A DNA stretch of 64,000 nucleotides from Clostridia bacterium (GCA_017504245.1 JAFVRQ010000083.1:6590-70589), one strand, 5' to 3'; counted from the stretch's first letter, positions 54,111 to 64,000 are shown. The notes: generated by a model from the sequence alone, not told the origin. Program-made: numbers and translations.

Positions 54111-56090
54111 TTATTTTTTCATTACTCTCCTCAAGCAGATTGCAGTTCTTGCGGGAAGATAAATTTGGAACTGACGGTCATCATTCGTTGAATAAACCTG
54201 CGTTTCACTTAACCTATCCCAACCGCCGAACTCGTTGCGGTCGGTTGAAAATACAACCTTGTATTCTCCCTTGAATTTTGGCTTGAGGTAATATCCCCAA
54301 TAATGATTTGTGGGATGGAAATTGAACACATAGATAAGTCCGTTTCTTTCAAACATCATCACCTTGTTGTCATCGTCAATCTGCAGCCAATGGGGCTCCT
54401 TTTCATAGATACGATATTCCTTTGCAAGCTTAACCATTTCCCTGTCAAACGCCTGAAGCTGACCGTATTTCAAATCGGGATTATCTGCAATGCTCCACTG
54501 ACGTCTGCAATAGAAATGCGACCAACCGTTGCCCTCTCGCGGGAAGTCAATCCATTCGGGATGACCGAATTCGTTACCCATAAAGTTAAGATAGCCCTCA
54601 CCGCCAAGCGCATTCGTAACAAGACGAATCATCTTATGAAGTGCCATACCTCTCTCAATCACGTAATCATTCGACCACTTACCCATATCGGTGTACATCT
54701 TCGCATCGCAAAGGCGGAACATAAGCGTTTTGTCACCAACGAGCGCCTGATCGTGCGACTCCGCATAGCCGATATACTTTTCGTGAGGACGTCTGCCCGT
54801 AAGCTCGCACCAAATGTGCCACATACTCCAATCCTCATCGCGAACGTCACGAACAAGTCTAACCCACATATCGGGCGAGCCCATCGCAAGACGGTAATCA
54901 AAGCCAATACCGCCGTCTTCAATGGGAAGACACATACCGGGCATAGCAGACATATCCTCTGCAATCGTTATCGCATTGGGATTAACCTCGTAAATAAGCT
55001 CGGTTGCAAGCTGAAGATAAGTAACCGCCTCAGTATCTGTGTTAAGCGAGAAATATTTAGAATAATCGGTAAAAGCAGTACCAAGACCGTGATCGTGATA
55101 AAGCATTGAGGTCACACCGTCAAAGCGGAAGCCGTCAAAACGGTATTCCTCCATCCAAAATTTAAGATTTGAAAGAAGGAAATGAATAACCTCGGGCTTG
55201 TCATAGTTAAAGAGCTTAGTTCCCCAAGCGGGATGGTCTCCTCTTGAGCCCGCGTGGAAATATTGCGTAACAGTACCGTCAAACTCTGCAATTCCCTCTG
55301 CAGTATTGCTAACCGCGTGGGAATGAACAACGTCAAGAAGCACTGCAATTCCCATCTGGTGGGCAGTATCTATGAGACGCTTCAGATCGTTGCATTTTCC
55401 AAATTTTGAAGAAGCAGCAAAGAAATTTGAAACCTGATAACCAAACGAACCGTAATACGGATGCTCCATAATAGCCATAATTTGAATGGTATTATAACCG
55501 GCAGCTTTTATTCGAGGCAAAATATTGTCGGTAAACTCGTTATAAGTACCAACACCTTCCCTCTCCTGCGCCATACCGATGTGAGTTTCATATATAAAGA
55601 GCTTTTTCTGCGGCTTGAAATTATTCTTCTGCCAAATATACTCGGGCTCGTCCACGATAGCGCCCGACCAAGTGTAGTTATAAGGATCCTGAAGCACTCT
55701 CTTGCAGTACGAAGGAATTCTCTCAAGATAGCTATCCCAATGCTTAACGATTACTTTCACGCGGCAATCGTCCCAAAGAGTGTTTTGACCCCAAATGAAG
55801 ATTTCAAAAACACCGTTACCGAGATTGTTAAGCCGATGGCTCCATCTGTTCCAGCCGTTGAAATCACCCATAAGGTAAACCTCGTGCGCAGCAGGAGCCC
55901 ACTCACGGTAGTACCAACCGTCCTCAACCTTGTGAAAACCGAAGTAATGATGACCGTTAGCAAAATCGATAAGCTTTCCGTTATCGCCAACAAGCTCTCT
56001 TTTCTTGTTGTAATAATTATTCATTCTAAGTTGAATATCTGACTCATAGGGTAAAAGCGCGGGATCGTACTCAAAAATCTTATAGCTCAT
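54111..56090 (-). CDS. glgB: 1,4-alpha-glucan branching enzyme (GH13_9 with CBM48)
   Basis: GH13 regions LDVVHSH, GFRFDGVTSM, AEDMS, ESHDQ. ATG at 56090 after GGAGG. Confidence 0.9.
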   Translation of the reverse strand: MSYKIFEYDPALLPYESDIQLRMNNYYNKKRELVGDNGKLIDFANGHHYFGFHKVEDGWYYREWAPAAHEVYLMGDFNGWNRWSHRLNNLGNGVFEIFIWGQNTLWDDCRVKVIVKHWDSYLERIPSYCKRVLQDPYNYTWSGAIVDEPEYIWQKNNFKPQKKLFIYETHIGMAQEREGVGTYNEFTDNILPRIKAAGYNTIQIMAIMEHPYYGSFGYQVSNFFAASSKFGKCNDLKRLIDTAHQMGIAVLLDVVHSHAVSNTAEGIAEFDGTVTQYFHAGSRGDHPAWGTKLFNYDKPEVIHFLLSNLKFWMEEYRFDGFRFDGVTSMLYHDHGLGTAFTDYSKYFSLNTDTEAVTYLQLATELIYEVNPNAITIAEDMSAMPGMCLPIEDGGIGFDYRLAMGSPDMWVRLVRDVRDEDWSMWHIWCELTGRRPHEKYIGYAESHDQALVGDKTLMFRLCDAKMYTDMGKWSNDYVIERGMALHKMIRLVTNALGGEGYLNFMGNEFGHPEWIDFPREGNGWSHFYCRRQWSIADNPDLKYGQLQAFDREMVKLAKEYRIYEKEPHWLQIDDDNKVMMFERNGLIYVFNFHPTNHYWGYYLKPKFKGEYKVVFSTDRNEFGGWDRLSETQVYSTNDDRQFQIYLPARTAICLRRVMKK

Positions 56091-56152
56091 AATTACCTCC
56101 AAGGCATATTTGTACCTTCATTATATACCCATTTTAAAATAAAGTCAAGAAG

Positions 56153-56181
56153 AAAAAAGGCGATAATCGTCGATTACCGCC
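56153..56181 (-). terminator. intrinsic terminator of the ABC exporter operon
   Basis: Arms 56159-56169/56171-56181 (10 of 11 bp). On the minus strand a T6 run follows. Confidence 0.7.
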
Positions 56182-56187
56182 TAAAAT

Positions 56188-58074
56188 TTATTGTTTTTGA
56201 AGCTTCTCCTTCTGATATTGAAGCATATAGAGATCGTAATATCTTCCGCGCTTTGCAAGAAGCTCAAAATGATTACCCTGCTCAATAATCTCACCGTGAG
56301 AAAGAACGATAATATTATCCGCGTGCTGAATAGTTGACAAACGGTGCGCCACTATGAGCATAGTACCAATATTCATCATCTTTTCAAGAGAATCCTGGAT
56401 AAGAAGCTCGGTTTCGGTGTCGATATTTGCAGTTGCCTCGTCAAGAATCATAACGCTCGGCTTGTGAATAATCGTTCGCGCAAACGAGAGAAGCTGACGT
56501 TGACCTGCAGAGAAGTTGTTACCTCTCTCTCTAACCTCCTCGTCAAGCCCATCCTTGAGCTTATCAATAAAGTGGTCTGCATTAACGTATTTGCAAGCAG
56601 CAATAATCTCTTCATCCGTAAAGCTCTCCTCACGAAGAACGATATTGGAACGAATTGTTCCCGAGAAAAGGAATACGTCCTGAAGCATCTGACCAAAGTG
56701 ACGGCGAAGCGAGGAAATCTTAATATCCTTAATATCAATACCGTCAATCAGAATTTGACCCTTTTGAATATCATAGTTTCTGCAGATAAGCGACAAAATC
56801 GTCGTTTTGCCCGAGCCCGTTGAGCCAACGAAAGCAACGGTGTCCTTCGCCTTAATCTTAAAGGAAACGTCCTTAAGCACCCATTCCTCGCCCTCATAAG
56901 CGAACCAAACGTTTTTAAACTCAATGTTACCCTCAACGTGTTCGAGCTCAATAGCGCCCTCAGAGTCAACGATTTCGGGCTTCATATCCATAATCGTGAA
57001 AATCTTCTCCGCAGAAGCAAAGGCAGATTGAAGTCTGTTAAACTGATCAGCAAGATTTTGAATGGGGTCGAAGAAGGTTTGAATATACATATAGAACGAA
57101 ACGAGCACATCCGCGGTAATTACCGTACCCATAAATCCAATGCCCTTAATGTATCCCTTTGCAGAGAAATAGAAAAGACAAAGAACACTCGAAATATAGA
57201 GCATATAAATGATGGGACGGAATACGCTAAACACAAGAATTTGATCTCGCATCGCCTTGCCAAGCTTGTTATTCTTTTCGACGAACTCACCCTTCTTTCT
57301 CTGCTCCCGATTGAAAATCTGAATAATTTTAATACCCGAAAGATTTTCAGAAAGGAAGGTGTTAATATCCGTTGTTCCATCCTTAACTCGTCTGAAAGCT
57401 CTTCTTGAAAACTTACGGAAAATAAGCGTAAAGAAGAATATAAACGGAACGAAGCAAAGCACCATAAGTGTGAGTGCGTAATTAAGCATAAACATTGCCA
57501 CGATTATCGCAACAACAAGGAAGATATTCTTAACGAGATTTGTCAAAATCTGCGTAAACATCATAGAGATCGCGTTAGTATCGTTAGTAACACGGGTTAC
57601 GAGCTTACCAACGGGCATATGATTGAGCTGCGCGTGTGAAAGCCCCTCAATATGCGTGAAAACGTCCTCACGGAGCGCAGAGAGTATCTTTTGACCGATT
57701 TTTTGCAAAAGAATTGCCTGAATATACTGAAAAATAAGCGAGGTAATAAGAATAACCGCATAAAGCGCGATATACAAAAGCAGCTTGCTCATTTCGAATT
57801 CAGTATCCAAAAATTCGATAATGAATCCCATAAGAAGCGGAGATACAACGCTATACGCTATGGAAAAGACCATAAGAAGACCAACGATAATAAACTGTCC
57901 GATATGAGGTCTTCCGTAATGAAGCAAGCGCTTCAAAATTTCAGAGTCCTTCATATTTCTGTCAAAGCCGATCTCTTCTTTTTTGTTTTTTATTGTCATA
58001 TAGGCAATGGTGAAAATCACACTAAACAGACCAACAACACCGCCTACGAACAAGAGAGGAAAATATTCGTTCAT
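56188..58074 (-). CDS. ABC exporter, fused permease/ATPase (heterodimer partner B)
   Basis: Six-TM domain plus GSTGSGKTT, FSAGQRQLLSFAR, MILDEAT. Confidence 0.9.
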   Translation of the reverse strand: MNEYFPLLFVGGVVGLFSVIFTIAYMTIKNKKEEIGFDRNMKDSEILKRLLHYGRPHIGQFIIVGLLMVFSIAYSVVSPLLMGFIIEFLDTEFEMSKLLLYIALYAVILITSLIFQYIQAILLQKIGQKILSALREDVFTHIEGLSHAQLNHMPVGKLVTRVTNDTNAISMMFTQILTNLVKNIFLVVAIIVAMFMLNYALTLMVLCFVPFIFFFTLIFRKFSRRAFRRVKDGTTDINTFLSENLSGIKIIQIFNREQRKKGEFVEKNNKLGKAMRDQILVFSVFRPIIYMLYISSVLCLFYFSAKGYIKGIGFMGTVITADVLVSFYMYIQTFFDPIQNLADQFNRLQSAFASAEKIFTIMDMKPEIVDSEGAIELEHVEGNIEFKNVWFAYEGEEWVLKDVSFKIKAKDTVAFVGSTGSGKTTILSLICRNYDIQKGQILIDGIDIKDIKISSLRRHFGQMLQDVFLFSGTIRSNIVLREESFTDEEIIAACKYVNADHFIDKLKDGLDEEVRERGNNFSAGQRQLLSFARTIIHKPSVMILDEATANIDTETELLIQDSLEKMMNIGTMLIVAHRLSTIQHADNIIVLSHGEIIEQGNHFELLAKRGRYYDLYMLQYQKEKLQKQ

Positions 58075-58077
58075 ATC

Positions 58078-59850
58078 TTACGCCCCCTTTTCTTCTTCAA
58101 GCTTTTGAAGCTCAACCATAATCTTATAATCAGAGCATCTTTCAATAAGCTCGTTATGTGTACCAACGTCCTTGATTTTACCGTCATCAACGAAGATGAT
58201 CTTGTCCATTTTTTCAACCGTTGAAATACGGTGAGCAATCAAGATCGTGGTTCTTCCGCGTCTGTTTTCGCGAAGATTATCGATAATAACCTTTTCCGTC
58301 TTCGTGTCAACCGCGCTAACGGAATCGTCAAGAATGAGAATTGATGCCTCCTTCATAAGCGCGCGGGCTATGGAAATTCTCTGCTTTTGTCCGCCCGAAA
58401 CGGTAACACCGCGCTCACCGAGGATCGTAGCATACTTTTCGGGAAATTCAACGATGTTTTCGTGCACGTCGGAAAGCTTTGCAGCTCTGATTACCTCATC
58501 CGAGGTTGAAGCATCTCGCGAGAACGCAATATTGTTCTCTATCGTGTCGCTGAACAAGAAATTGTCCTGCGGAACGTATGCGCAAAAGTCACGAAGCGTT
58601 TTAATCGGTATTGTATTTACGTCCCTGCCGTCAATAAACAAAGTACCGTCAGGCACGTTGTAAACTCTCAGAATAAGGTCAACGATGGTTGTTTTACCCG
58701 AGCCCGTTTTTCCGATAATACCAACGTTTTCACCTGCATTAATCTTGAAATTAATATTTTCAAGAACGCTGTAATCTCCGTCGGGATAAGCGAAGTCAAG
58801 ATTCTTGAATTCAATATCACCCCTGATGTACTCAACGCTCTCAACCTCATTACCGTCAAAAACGTCGGGCTTCGCATCGAGAAGCTCGGAAATTCTCTTC
58901 AAGGATGCCTTTCCGCGGCTCGTCATATCGATAAGCATCGAAAGAGCCATAACGGGCCAAACGATTGATGTGAAATATCCATAGAACTCAATAAGCTGAC
59001 CAACCTGGAAATTACCCTTGTAAACAAGATATCCGCCGTAACCGAGGATAATGCAAATAACCGAGTTAACGAAGAACGTTACCGAAATATGCAAAAGAGT
59101 TGAAATTCTGGTGAATTCAATATTCACCCTTTCATTCTCCTTATTTAACCTTTTAAATGCCCAGAGCTCCTTAAATTCCTTAACGAATGCCTTAATAACG
59201 GCAATACCCGAAAAGTTCTCCTGAGAAAAATCGGAAAGCTGCGAGAATTTCTCCTGTCGCTCCTCCCACTTTTTCGTCATATACTTACCAACGAAGCTTC
59301 CCACCGCAAAAAGCAAAATCATAGGAATAAATGCAAGGACGGTAAGCATAGGATCAAGCCTCTGCATCTTATAGATTGCAAGCCCGGTCAAGGCAAGAGC
59401 ATCAACGAGCATCAAGGTGCCATCTCCGAAGCATTCATTTATCGTACTCAAGTCGTTAGTAAAGAGCGACATCATATTGCCGACCTTGTTAACCTGATAA
59501 TACTGCTGTGAAAGATCCTTGCAATGATCGAACATTCTCTCTCGAAGGTCTGTTTCAACCTTGATAGCAGTTCCAAACATACAAATTCTCCACAAAAATC
59601 TACCCGCTGCCATAACGAGAATAGTAACTATCATCGGAGCACAAATTCTGTCAAGCAAAAAATCAAGGTCAAAAGCAAGCTCCTGTCCGCCTATCGTAAC
59701 AACACCGCCATTAAGTCCCGTTACAACGTAATTGTAAAACTCCGGTATCTTAAGCTGAAAATAGTCAACGGAAACAAGTGCAATAACACCCAAAAGCAAG
59801 GCAAAAATATGCTTCAGATAATATTTGTTAACGTACTTTCCAAATACCAT
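58078..59850 (-). CDS. ABC exporter, fused permease/ATPase (heterodimer partner A)
   Basis: Six-TM domain plus GKTGSGKTT, VSGGQKQRISIAR, LILDDSVSAVD. Confidence 0.9.
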   Translation of the reverse strand: MVFGKYVNKYYLKHIFALLLGVIALVSVDYFQLKIPEFYNYVVTGLNGGVVTIGGQELAFDLDFLLDRICAPMIVTILVMAAGRFLWRICMFGTAIKVETDLRERMFDHCKDLSQQYYQVNKVGNMMSLFTNDLSTINECFGDGTLMLVDALALTGLAIYKMQRLDPMLTVLAFIPMILLFAVGSFVGKYMTKKWEERQEKFSQLSDFSQENFSGIAVIKAFVKEFKELWAFKRLNKENERVNIEFTRISTLLHISVTFFVNSVICIILGYGGYLVYKGNFQVGQLIEFYGYFTSIVWPVMALSMLIDMTSRGKASLKRISELLDAKPDVFDGNEVESVEYIRGDIEFKNLDFAYPDGDYSVLENINFKINAGENVGIIGKTGSGKTTIVDLILRVYNVPDGTLFIDGRDVNTIPIKTLRDFCAYVPQDNFLFSDTIENNIAFSRDASTSDEVIRAAKLSDVHENIVEFPEKYATILGERGVTVSGGQKQRISIARALMKEASILILDDSVSAVDTKTEKVIIDNLRENRRGRTTILIAHRISTVEKMDKIIFVDDGKIKDVGTHNELIERCSDYKIMVELQKLEEEKGA

Positions 59851-60047
59851 GGCAATCCCTCCTTCATCAAAAAAAATCTAAATTTTATTATACCACAAAT
59901 CTTTTTATTTTTCAACCTCTAAAACAATTTTTTTCATATATATATGCAAAATTCAACAATTATTGATAAAATACTTAAAAATCCCCCTTGTTATTTCATC
60001 TTATTTGTGATAAAATAATTTTCAACCCATATCAAGGAGAACAAAAT

Positions 60048-61004
60048 ATGTTAATTCCAACAATAATTTCAGGTATAGTATTTTTAACTTTGCTTCTTAT
60101 CTCATTGGCAGCATATATCTGCTTTTCAGTGGTATTCAAAACTCCAAAAAGAAAAACATTAAAGGAGGGCGAATATGACTTCCCTCCCGGCGAAATATAT
60201 GAGCCGTTTTATTCTCAAATGAAGATTTGGACGGACGGTATACGTTCAAGAAAACGCGAGCTTTGTGAGGTGAAATCCTTTGACGGACTCACCCTGCGCG
60301 GCTATTATTACGAATATTCCCCCGATTCTCCCCTTGAGCTTATCTTCCACGGCTATTCCGGAAACGCAGAGCGCGATCTTTCGGGCGGAGTTGAGCGTTG
60401 CGCAGCACTCCAAAGAAGCTGTATCCTTATTGATCAGCGAGGTGCGGGTATGAGCGAGGGTAAGGTCTGCTCCTTTGGCGTGAACGAGCGTCGCGATTGC
60501 CTTTCTTGGATTAATTTTGCAAGAGAAAAATTCGGCACAGACCGCCCCATAATCATCGGCGGAATTTCAATGGGCGCAGCAACCGTTATGATGGCTTCGG
60601 GCGAGGATTTACCCGACAACGTCGTTTGCGTAATGGCAGATTGCGGATATTCCTCTCAAAAGGATATTATTTGCAAGGTTGTTAAGGAAATGAAGCTCCC
60701 CGTAAAAATCATATATCCCTTCATAAAGCTCGGCGCAAGAGCCTACGGACATTTTGACCTTGAGGAAACCACTCCCGTAGAAGCCGTTGCAAAATCCAAA
60801 ACGCCCATAGTCTTTATTCACGGAGACAACGACGATTTCGTTCCCCATTCAATGAGCGTTGAGTGCTTCAATGCTTGCTCCGCTCCTAAAAAAATGGTAA
60901 CGATTGAGGGCGCAGGACACGGACTCGCCTTTCCTCAAAATCAACAAAAATATATTGAATCATTAAGAGAATTTCAATACGAAGCAAATTTATTCGGCAA
61001 ATAA
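60048..61004 (+). CDS. membrane-anchored alpha/beta hydrolase
   Basis: N-terminal TM helix, nucleophile elbow GISMGA, C-terminal HGDNDDFVP and GAGHG. ATG at 60048 after AAGGAGA. Confidence 0.8.
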   Translation: MLIPTIISGIVFLTLLLISLAAYICFSVVFKTPKRKTLKEGEYDFPPGEIYEPFYSQMKIWTDGIRSRKRELCEVKSFDGLTLRGYYYEYSPDSPLELIFHGYSGNAERDLSGGVERCAALQRSCILIDQRGAGMSEGKVCSFGVNERRDCLSWINFAREKFGTDRPIIIGGISMGAATVMMASGEDLPDNVVCVMADCGYSSQKDIICKVVKEMKLPVKIIYPFIKLGARAYGHFDLEETTPVEAVAKSKTPIVFIHGDNDDFVPHSMSVECFNACSAPKKMVTIEGAGHGLAFPQNQQKYIESLREFQYEANLFGK

Positions 61005-61009
61005 ACAAC

Positions 61010-61040
61010 GGGCAGCTCGTTTGAGCTGCCCATACGTTTT
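61010..61040. terminator. terminator hairpin between convergent genes
   Basis: Stem GGGCAGCTC 61010-61018 / GAGCTGCCC 61023-61031; T-run at 61036-61042. Confidence 0.65.
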
Positions 61041-63362
61041 TTATTCAAGAATCATATAATAGAGATTTATCGAATCTCCCTTTGTAATCGTATAGCTTCC
61101 CGCCTCAAGCTCAACAGTAACAATGCCGTTTCCGTCAGTTGTATACTTTGTATCGTTAATTTTTACCGTCTTACTTGCAGTACCGAAAACAAGCGTAAGC
61201 GTTCTCTCTTCGGTAAGAGTAAAGGTGATGCTTGTCGAGCTTTCCATCTTCAAGCAGGTTGTAAGCGCCATACCGTTATAGGTAACAGTTCCCTTTGACG
61301 TTGAGGTGTTACCGTTAATGGTAAAGAAATCAGATGCTTTTCCGCTTTCCTCGAAGCTATGCGCGATAGCGCCCTCGGGAGTGGGAGCTACAACGGGTGT
61401 GTCATTTCCACCGTTATCCGAGCCGCCGTTGTCCGAGCCATTATTTCCGCCCTCGGAGGAAGAATTATCAACGTTAGCTGAAACAAGCGTGCCTTTGTAA
61501 TTCACAAGCGTGGATTTAAGCGCAGAATTCACGTCATAGGATGAATTATCCGCATCGGTAAAGGTCCATTTGAAGTCGCCGCCCTGAACTCGTCCTGCAA
61601 ATTCCTTAACTGTCGCCATCGCCTGCTCGGCGGTTTGAACGCTGTATTCGTACATCACAGAAGAATCGGTATCAAAGTTATTATAGGTTGAACCGCCCTT
61701 ATATGCCACAACGCTTGAGGGCACCCTTTCATCTCTTGTGGAAGCGAGATAGCAGTCAAACTGCGTGCTGTTCTGCTGATACGTAACTACCTTGTTGCCC
61801 TTTCCTTCAAAAATATTGCCAAACGCCTTGATAATACCGCCGTCCTCACCTGAGAAGGTTCCCGTTCCGTCACTTGCAATATCCGAGCCCTGCATAGATA
61901 TGAGCATTGAATACTTTGTGTTAAGGAAATAGTTGTTCTCAACGAAAATGGATGAGCCCATCGTCGCGCCTATAGCATATTTCGCAATACCGTCATAGAA
62001 ATTATTATAAACGTGAACCGTGCAGGTTCTGACTCTCGGATGACGGGAATCTGAGTGATCGTACCAGTTGTGGTGATAGGTAATATAATTTTCAGTAGTT
62101 TCGCTCGTCATTCCCTGGAGATTGGATTTACCCGTATCATAGAAATGGTTGAAGGAATGAGTAACGTATGCGCTCTTCTTAGTATCAAGCGCGCCGTCGC
62201 CCTTTGCCTGGTCGGAATCAGAGCCCGCGTGTCCGTAGAAAAGGTCGCAGTTGTGAACCCAGATATGATCATTGTCCTGCTGCAAGCTAATGCTGTCACC
62301 CTCATTGGAATCACAGTTCATAAAGCCTATATTTCTGATTTCAATATTGGTAGATCCCTTAATTCTAAGACCAAATCCGTTGAACGTCGCATCATTACCA
62401 ACGCCCTCAAGCGTGATACCGCCCTTAAACTTACCCTCGCCGCAATCTATAAGAAGGTCGCCCTTGTCGAGAGTGGCAGGGTCGGTAATATTACCGATAA
62501 ATCTGATGCAAACGGGCTTCGTTTCATAGCCCTTTTTAAGAGCAGTAAGAATATTCTGAAGTCCCACAATGGGCTCAGGACCGCTCTTGCTTATTTGAAC
62601 GTTCATTGTAATAGTATCCTTGTTCGTGTTCGTAACGTAAAGGATTCTCGCATCGCTCTTTATAGTACCGTCATCGTTATAAGCGCCGCTTGAAGTACCG
62701 TTCACAAAGGCAAATCCCTCACGGATGTGGTTAATCGTTTCCTGTCTGAAGCTCGTCTTAGCGGACGTAATCTCCGCGCCGCTTTGAACGGGAAGAATAT
62801 CAACAGTGTATTCCCCTGCCGAAAGACCGAGAACGTCGCATCTGTAATAAGTACCGTAATTTCTTATAAGCTCAGTATCAACCTTAACGCCGTCGCAATA
62901 TACATTGTAGCTGTCAGCGCCTTCAATGGGAGTCCATTCGCAATAGATGGTTTCAAAGGAATACCCCGTAAGCGTCACCTCAATAGCGCCCGTAATTTCG
63001 GGCTTTTCATTTTGGTCGGGCTTTTGAAACGGATCGTCGGGCTTTTCGATAGCCGCGCCGCAATCGTCACAAACGTAGTCCGTGTCCGCATCCTTGTGCT
63101 CCGTGCAGGTATTGTCAACGGGAGGATTTTCGGGCTTTTCAAGCTCAAGCCCAAAGTTATCGCAAAGATAGTCGCTGTCCTCGTCAACGTGAACGTTGCA
63201 AGTTGGCTGCTGCGCCGTAGTTGTCGTAGTTGTCGTAGTTGTTCCATCAGTAGTAGTCGTACCCTGAGTGGTCGTGCTGCTTTGCGTATTATCCTGCGTA
63301 CACGCAGCGAGCATTCCGCAAATCATAGAAAGCAATAAAATAATAGCCAAAAATTTCTTCAT
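61041..63362 (-). CDS. secreted lipoprotein, PL1 pectate-lyase-like enzyme with extra N- and C-terminal modules
   Basis: MKKFLAIILLLSMICGMLAAC lipobox, poly-Thr linker, two C-x2-H-x-D-x-D-x-D-Y-x-C-D modules. IWVHNCDLF, DGALDT, ITYHHNWY and RHPRVRTCTVHVYNNFY are PL1-like signatures. Gly/Ser/Asn linker plus a C-terminal beta-sandwich-like domain. Confidence 0.8.
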   Translation of the reverse strand: MKKFLAIILLLSMICGMLAACTQDNTQSSTTTQGTTTTDGTTTTTTTTTAQQPTCNVHVDEDSDYLCDNFGLELEKPENPPVDNTCTEHKDADTDYVCDDCGAAIEKPDDPFQKPDQNEKPEITGAIEVTLTGYSFETIYCEWTPIEGADSYNVYCDGVKVDTELIRNYGTYYRCDVLGLSAGEYTVDILPVQSGAEITSAKTSFRQETINHIREGFAFVNGTSSGAYNDDGTIKSDARILYVTNTNKDTITMNVQISKSGPEPIVGLQNILTALKKGYETKPVCIRFIGNITDPATLDKGDLLIDCGEGKFKGGITLEGVGNDATFNGFGLRIKGSTNIEIRNIGFMNCDSNEGDSISLQQDNDHIWVHNCDLFYGHAGSDSDQAKGDGALDTKKSAYVTHSFNHFYDTGKSNLQGMTSETTENYITYHHNWYDHSDSRHPRVRTCTVHVYNNFYDGIAKYAIGATMGSSIFVENNYFLNTKYSMLISMQGSDIASDGTGTFSGEDGGIIKAFGNIFEGKGNKVVTYQQNSTQFDCYLASTRDERVPSSVVAYKGGSTYNNFDTDSSVMYEYSVQTAEQAMATVKEFAGRVQGGDFKWTFTDADNSSYDVNSALKSTLVNYKGTLVSANVDNSSSEGGNNGSDNGGSDNGGNDTPVVAPTPEGAIAHSFEESGKASDFFTINGNTSTSKGTVTYNGMALTTCLKMESSTSITFTLTEERTLTLVFGTASKTVKINDTKYTTDGNGIVTVELEAGSYTITKGDSINLYYMILE

Positions 63363-63532
63363 AAATTTTCCCTTTCTAAATAAAGTTTTTATGAACATAT
63401 CTAATTTATTATACATTAATTCAAAATAAATAGCAACATTTTTATCCAAAAAAACTCTTCCCAAGGTATATTTTGTCAAATCAAACAATTATTTGTCTCC
63501 TTTTTGGTCAATATAAACAAAGAAATCACCCA

Positions 63533-64000
63533 TCAAGAGTGATTTCTGTTTTTTGCAAAATAATCGTCAGTCGGCTCTAATTCTCCGTCAATCAACGAAA
63601 AAACCTCCAAATCAATGCTCCCGTCAAGCTCTGCTTCCTTGATTTCTTCGAGCTTTTCATAAGGCGTAATAACAGCCCTGCCGCGCTTTATTCCGTCAAT
63701 AAGCTCCTCAACGGTAGAAATTTTGCTCTCAAAGCCCACTCCCGCAACAACGTTGCGATTTCTAATCGAATGAATATCTGTTCCCGCAGTCATCGGGAGC
63801 GAGAGATTTCTTGCATATTCATAGGAGCGGCGCGAATGCACGTCCTCGTCACCGAGATTTAAGACCTCAATAGCATCAACGTAATCAAGCGAAAGCTTAA
63901 TATCTGAAATATAGTAACGCTCGCGGAATGGATGCGCCTGAATAATAAAGCCGCCCGCCTTGTGTATCGTATCAAAAAACTTAACCCTGCCCATATCTCT
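63533..64000 (-). CDS. PHP-domain phosphoesterase, C-terminal part (5' end outside window)
   Basis: IIQAHPFRE...AGTDIHS metal-binding motifs. Frame stays open to the window edge upstream of the first ATG. Confidence 0.6.
   Translation of the reverse strand, partial: RDMGRVKFFDTIHKAGGFIIQAHPFRERYYISDIKLSLDYVDAIEVLNLGDEDVHSRRSYEYARNLSLPMTAGTDIHSIRNRNVVAGVGFESKISTVEELIDGIKRGRAVITPYEKLEEIKEAELDGSIDLEVFSLIDGELEPTDDYFAKNRNHS

Noticed and set aside
54111-56090. glgB located 32 kb from the glgCDAP-GH13 operon, considered as a sign of rearrangement or horizontal transfer
   Set aside because: Its composition looks like the neighbouring genes, it has its own terminator, and a separate glgB is common. 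This is not informative on its own.
63219-63245. Short periodic repeats (GTAGTTGTC x3), the 123-bp repeats at 45251-45619, and Ser/Thr-linker repeats, considered as a possible CRISPR or non-coding tandem array
   Set aside because: All lie inside well-supported ORFs and encode Thr-rich linkers or protein modules. There is no repeat-spacer architecture and there are no cas genes.

Overview
This 64-kb segment looks like a Firmicutes/Clostridia chromosome. That is an inference from gene orders (holB-yaaT-yabB-like methyltransferase; ecfA1-ecfA2-ecfT-truA), CotF/CotH-type genes, lipoprotein signal peptides, TTGACA-17-TGnTATAAT promoters and GGAGG ribosome-binding sites. I call 55 protein-coding genes (two cut by the window edges) and one tmRNA. 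I see no rRNA, tRNA, CRISPR array, transposase, integrase or phage genes. Core content: addA 3' end; typA; a glycogen operon glgC-glgD-glgA-glgP-GH13 with glgB 32 kb away; ssrA plus smpB; holB-yaaT; a ferredoxin/tRNA-modification cluster; a long minus-strand run ruvC-methyltransferase-ecfA1A2T-truA-unknown-cvpA-clpE-like; DUF951-yfhO-ruvAB; a glmM cluster; two ABC exporter half-transporters; and four secreted lipoproteins with Thr/Ser linkers (two PL1 pectate-lyase-like paralogues, one CotH-like, one Cys-module/LRR protein). I did not find a clear multi-gene novel system. The items most worth a second look are: (1) an orphan G+C-rich, hairpin-dense ~235-nt intergenic element at 28.3 kb; (2) a promoter-driven structured leader with terminator/antiterminator at 9.7 kb that I cannot assign to a known riboswitch class; (3) a deoxyribonucleotidase-like/guanylate-kinase-like fusion in an odd operon with a secreted lyase; (4) an XRE-HTH::GlmM fusion with a perfect palindrome array in its promoter region and a stand-alone GlmU-C-like gene; (5) extracellular Cys3-His repeat modules; (6) duplicated tmRNA 3'-end fragments; (7) inverted-repeat-bounded sequence next to a low-G+C two-gene cassette. 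All product calls rest on motif recognition from the translations; no database search was run.
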